This document shows, one piece after another, positions 63,823 to 64,000 of a stretch of DNA of 64,000 nucleotides. This stretch comes from Candidatus Moraniibacteriota bacterium (GTDB lineage Bacteria; Patescibacteriota; Minisyncoccia; Moranbacterales; UBA2206). How positions within the stretch are numbered: position 1 is the stretch's first letter; every line of letters begins with the position of its first letter. Made by a program: the position numbers and the translations under genes. The notes under the pieces were generated by a model, which searched no databases, had not been told where the DNA came from, and was given only the letters and a program-made list of their open reading frames with translations. The stretch is from NCBI GenBank assembly GCA_030645735.1, contig JAUSNP010000003.1, forward strand, positions 167,411 through 231,410, read 5' to 3'.

Positions 63823-64000
63823 ATGAGCAAAAAAATGCTTAGAAAGCTAAAAGTCATAAACAACATTGCCTTGATTGTCGCCATGATGGTTGCGATGGTT
63901 CCATTTAGTGGAACAGCTGAGGCGGCAAATCTTAGTTTTGCAATGGTGCGACTGGACCGTCTCAAGACTGGAGAAACAACTGGTGGAACAGTTTGTGCTA
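63823..64000 (+). CDS. Secreted hypothetical protein, partial (runs off window end)
   Basis: MSKKMLRKLKVINNIALIVAMMVAMVPFSGTAEAANLSF... signal peptide with AEA cleavage-like site. Confidence 0.45.
   Translation, partial: MSKKMLRKLKVINNIALIVAMMVAMVPFSGTAEAANLSFAMVRLDRLKTGETTGGTVCA

Noticed and set aside
1-64000. CRISPR arrays, rRNA genes, integrases or prophage blocks
   Set aside because: No short regularly spaced direct repeats with unique spacers were seen. No rRNA-like conserved blocks. No integrase/recombinase or phage structural ORFs. The only mobile-element protein is the RAYT.

Overview
This 64 kb window looks like a contiguous chromosomal segment from a small, AT-rich bacterial genome using the standard genetic code. 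The gene repertoire is consistent with a Candidate Phyla Radiation (CPR) / Patescibacteria-type organism. The backbone is housekeeping: rpoB-rpoC, infB-rbfA-nrnA, nusA, tig, recA, ftsK, a rodZ-like gene, rny, hup, efp, the rpsF-ssb-rpsR operon, rplS, trpS, ychF, gpmI, a phosphohexomutase, a family-II pyrophosphatase, a repair cluster (UDG family 4, endonuclease IV, YfcE-like phosphoesterase) and ten tRNA genes.

The part most worth a second look is accessory:
1. A complete diversity-generating retroelement (DGR) at 53.8-56.3 kb. It has a target gene whose 3' variable repeat differs from a downstream template repeat only at template adenines (about 23 differences, none at non-A positions), an Avd-like four-helix-bundle gene, and a reverse transcriptase with the DGR-type LGxxxSQ motif. 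A G10 homopolymer sits in the avd/RT divergent promoter region.
2. A five-gene tandem cluster (17.1-21.3 kb) of paralogous VirB2/TrbC-like (T4SS-pilin-like) secreted membrane proteins with cysteine-rich tandem-repeat ectodomains.
3. A RAYT (REP-associated tyrosine transposase) gene flanked by four copies of its cognate GTAGAGACG...CGTCTCTAC hairpin, one of them in-frame inside its own coding sequence.
4. An apparently novel modular intergenic repeat family of about 200 bp (6 modules here). It carries a conserved CTTTCTTTGGCAGCAAAGAAAG hairpin whose distal stem and an internal long-range helix co-vary. Two composite 420-bp copies lie in inverted orientation 48 kb apart.
5. A 20-bp GC-rich palindrome (CCTGCCTGCCGGCAGGCAGG) in 4 copies. 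One is inserted into a duplicated tRNA-Leu 5' fragment and one is flanked by a 10-bp direct repeat.
6. A small element with terminal inverted repeats (MITE-like) in 2 copies, an identical 72-bp leader duplicated upstream of efp and rpsR, cassette-like twin genes sharing 5' and 3' flanks, and several operator-like motif arrays.

No rRNA genes or CRISPR arrays were seen.
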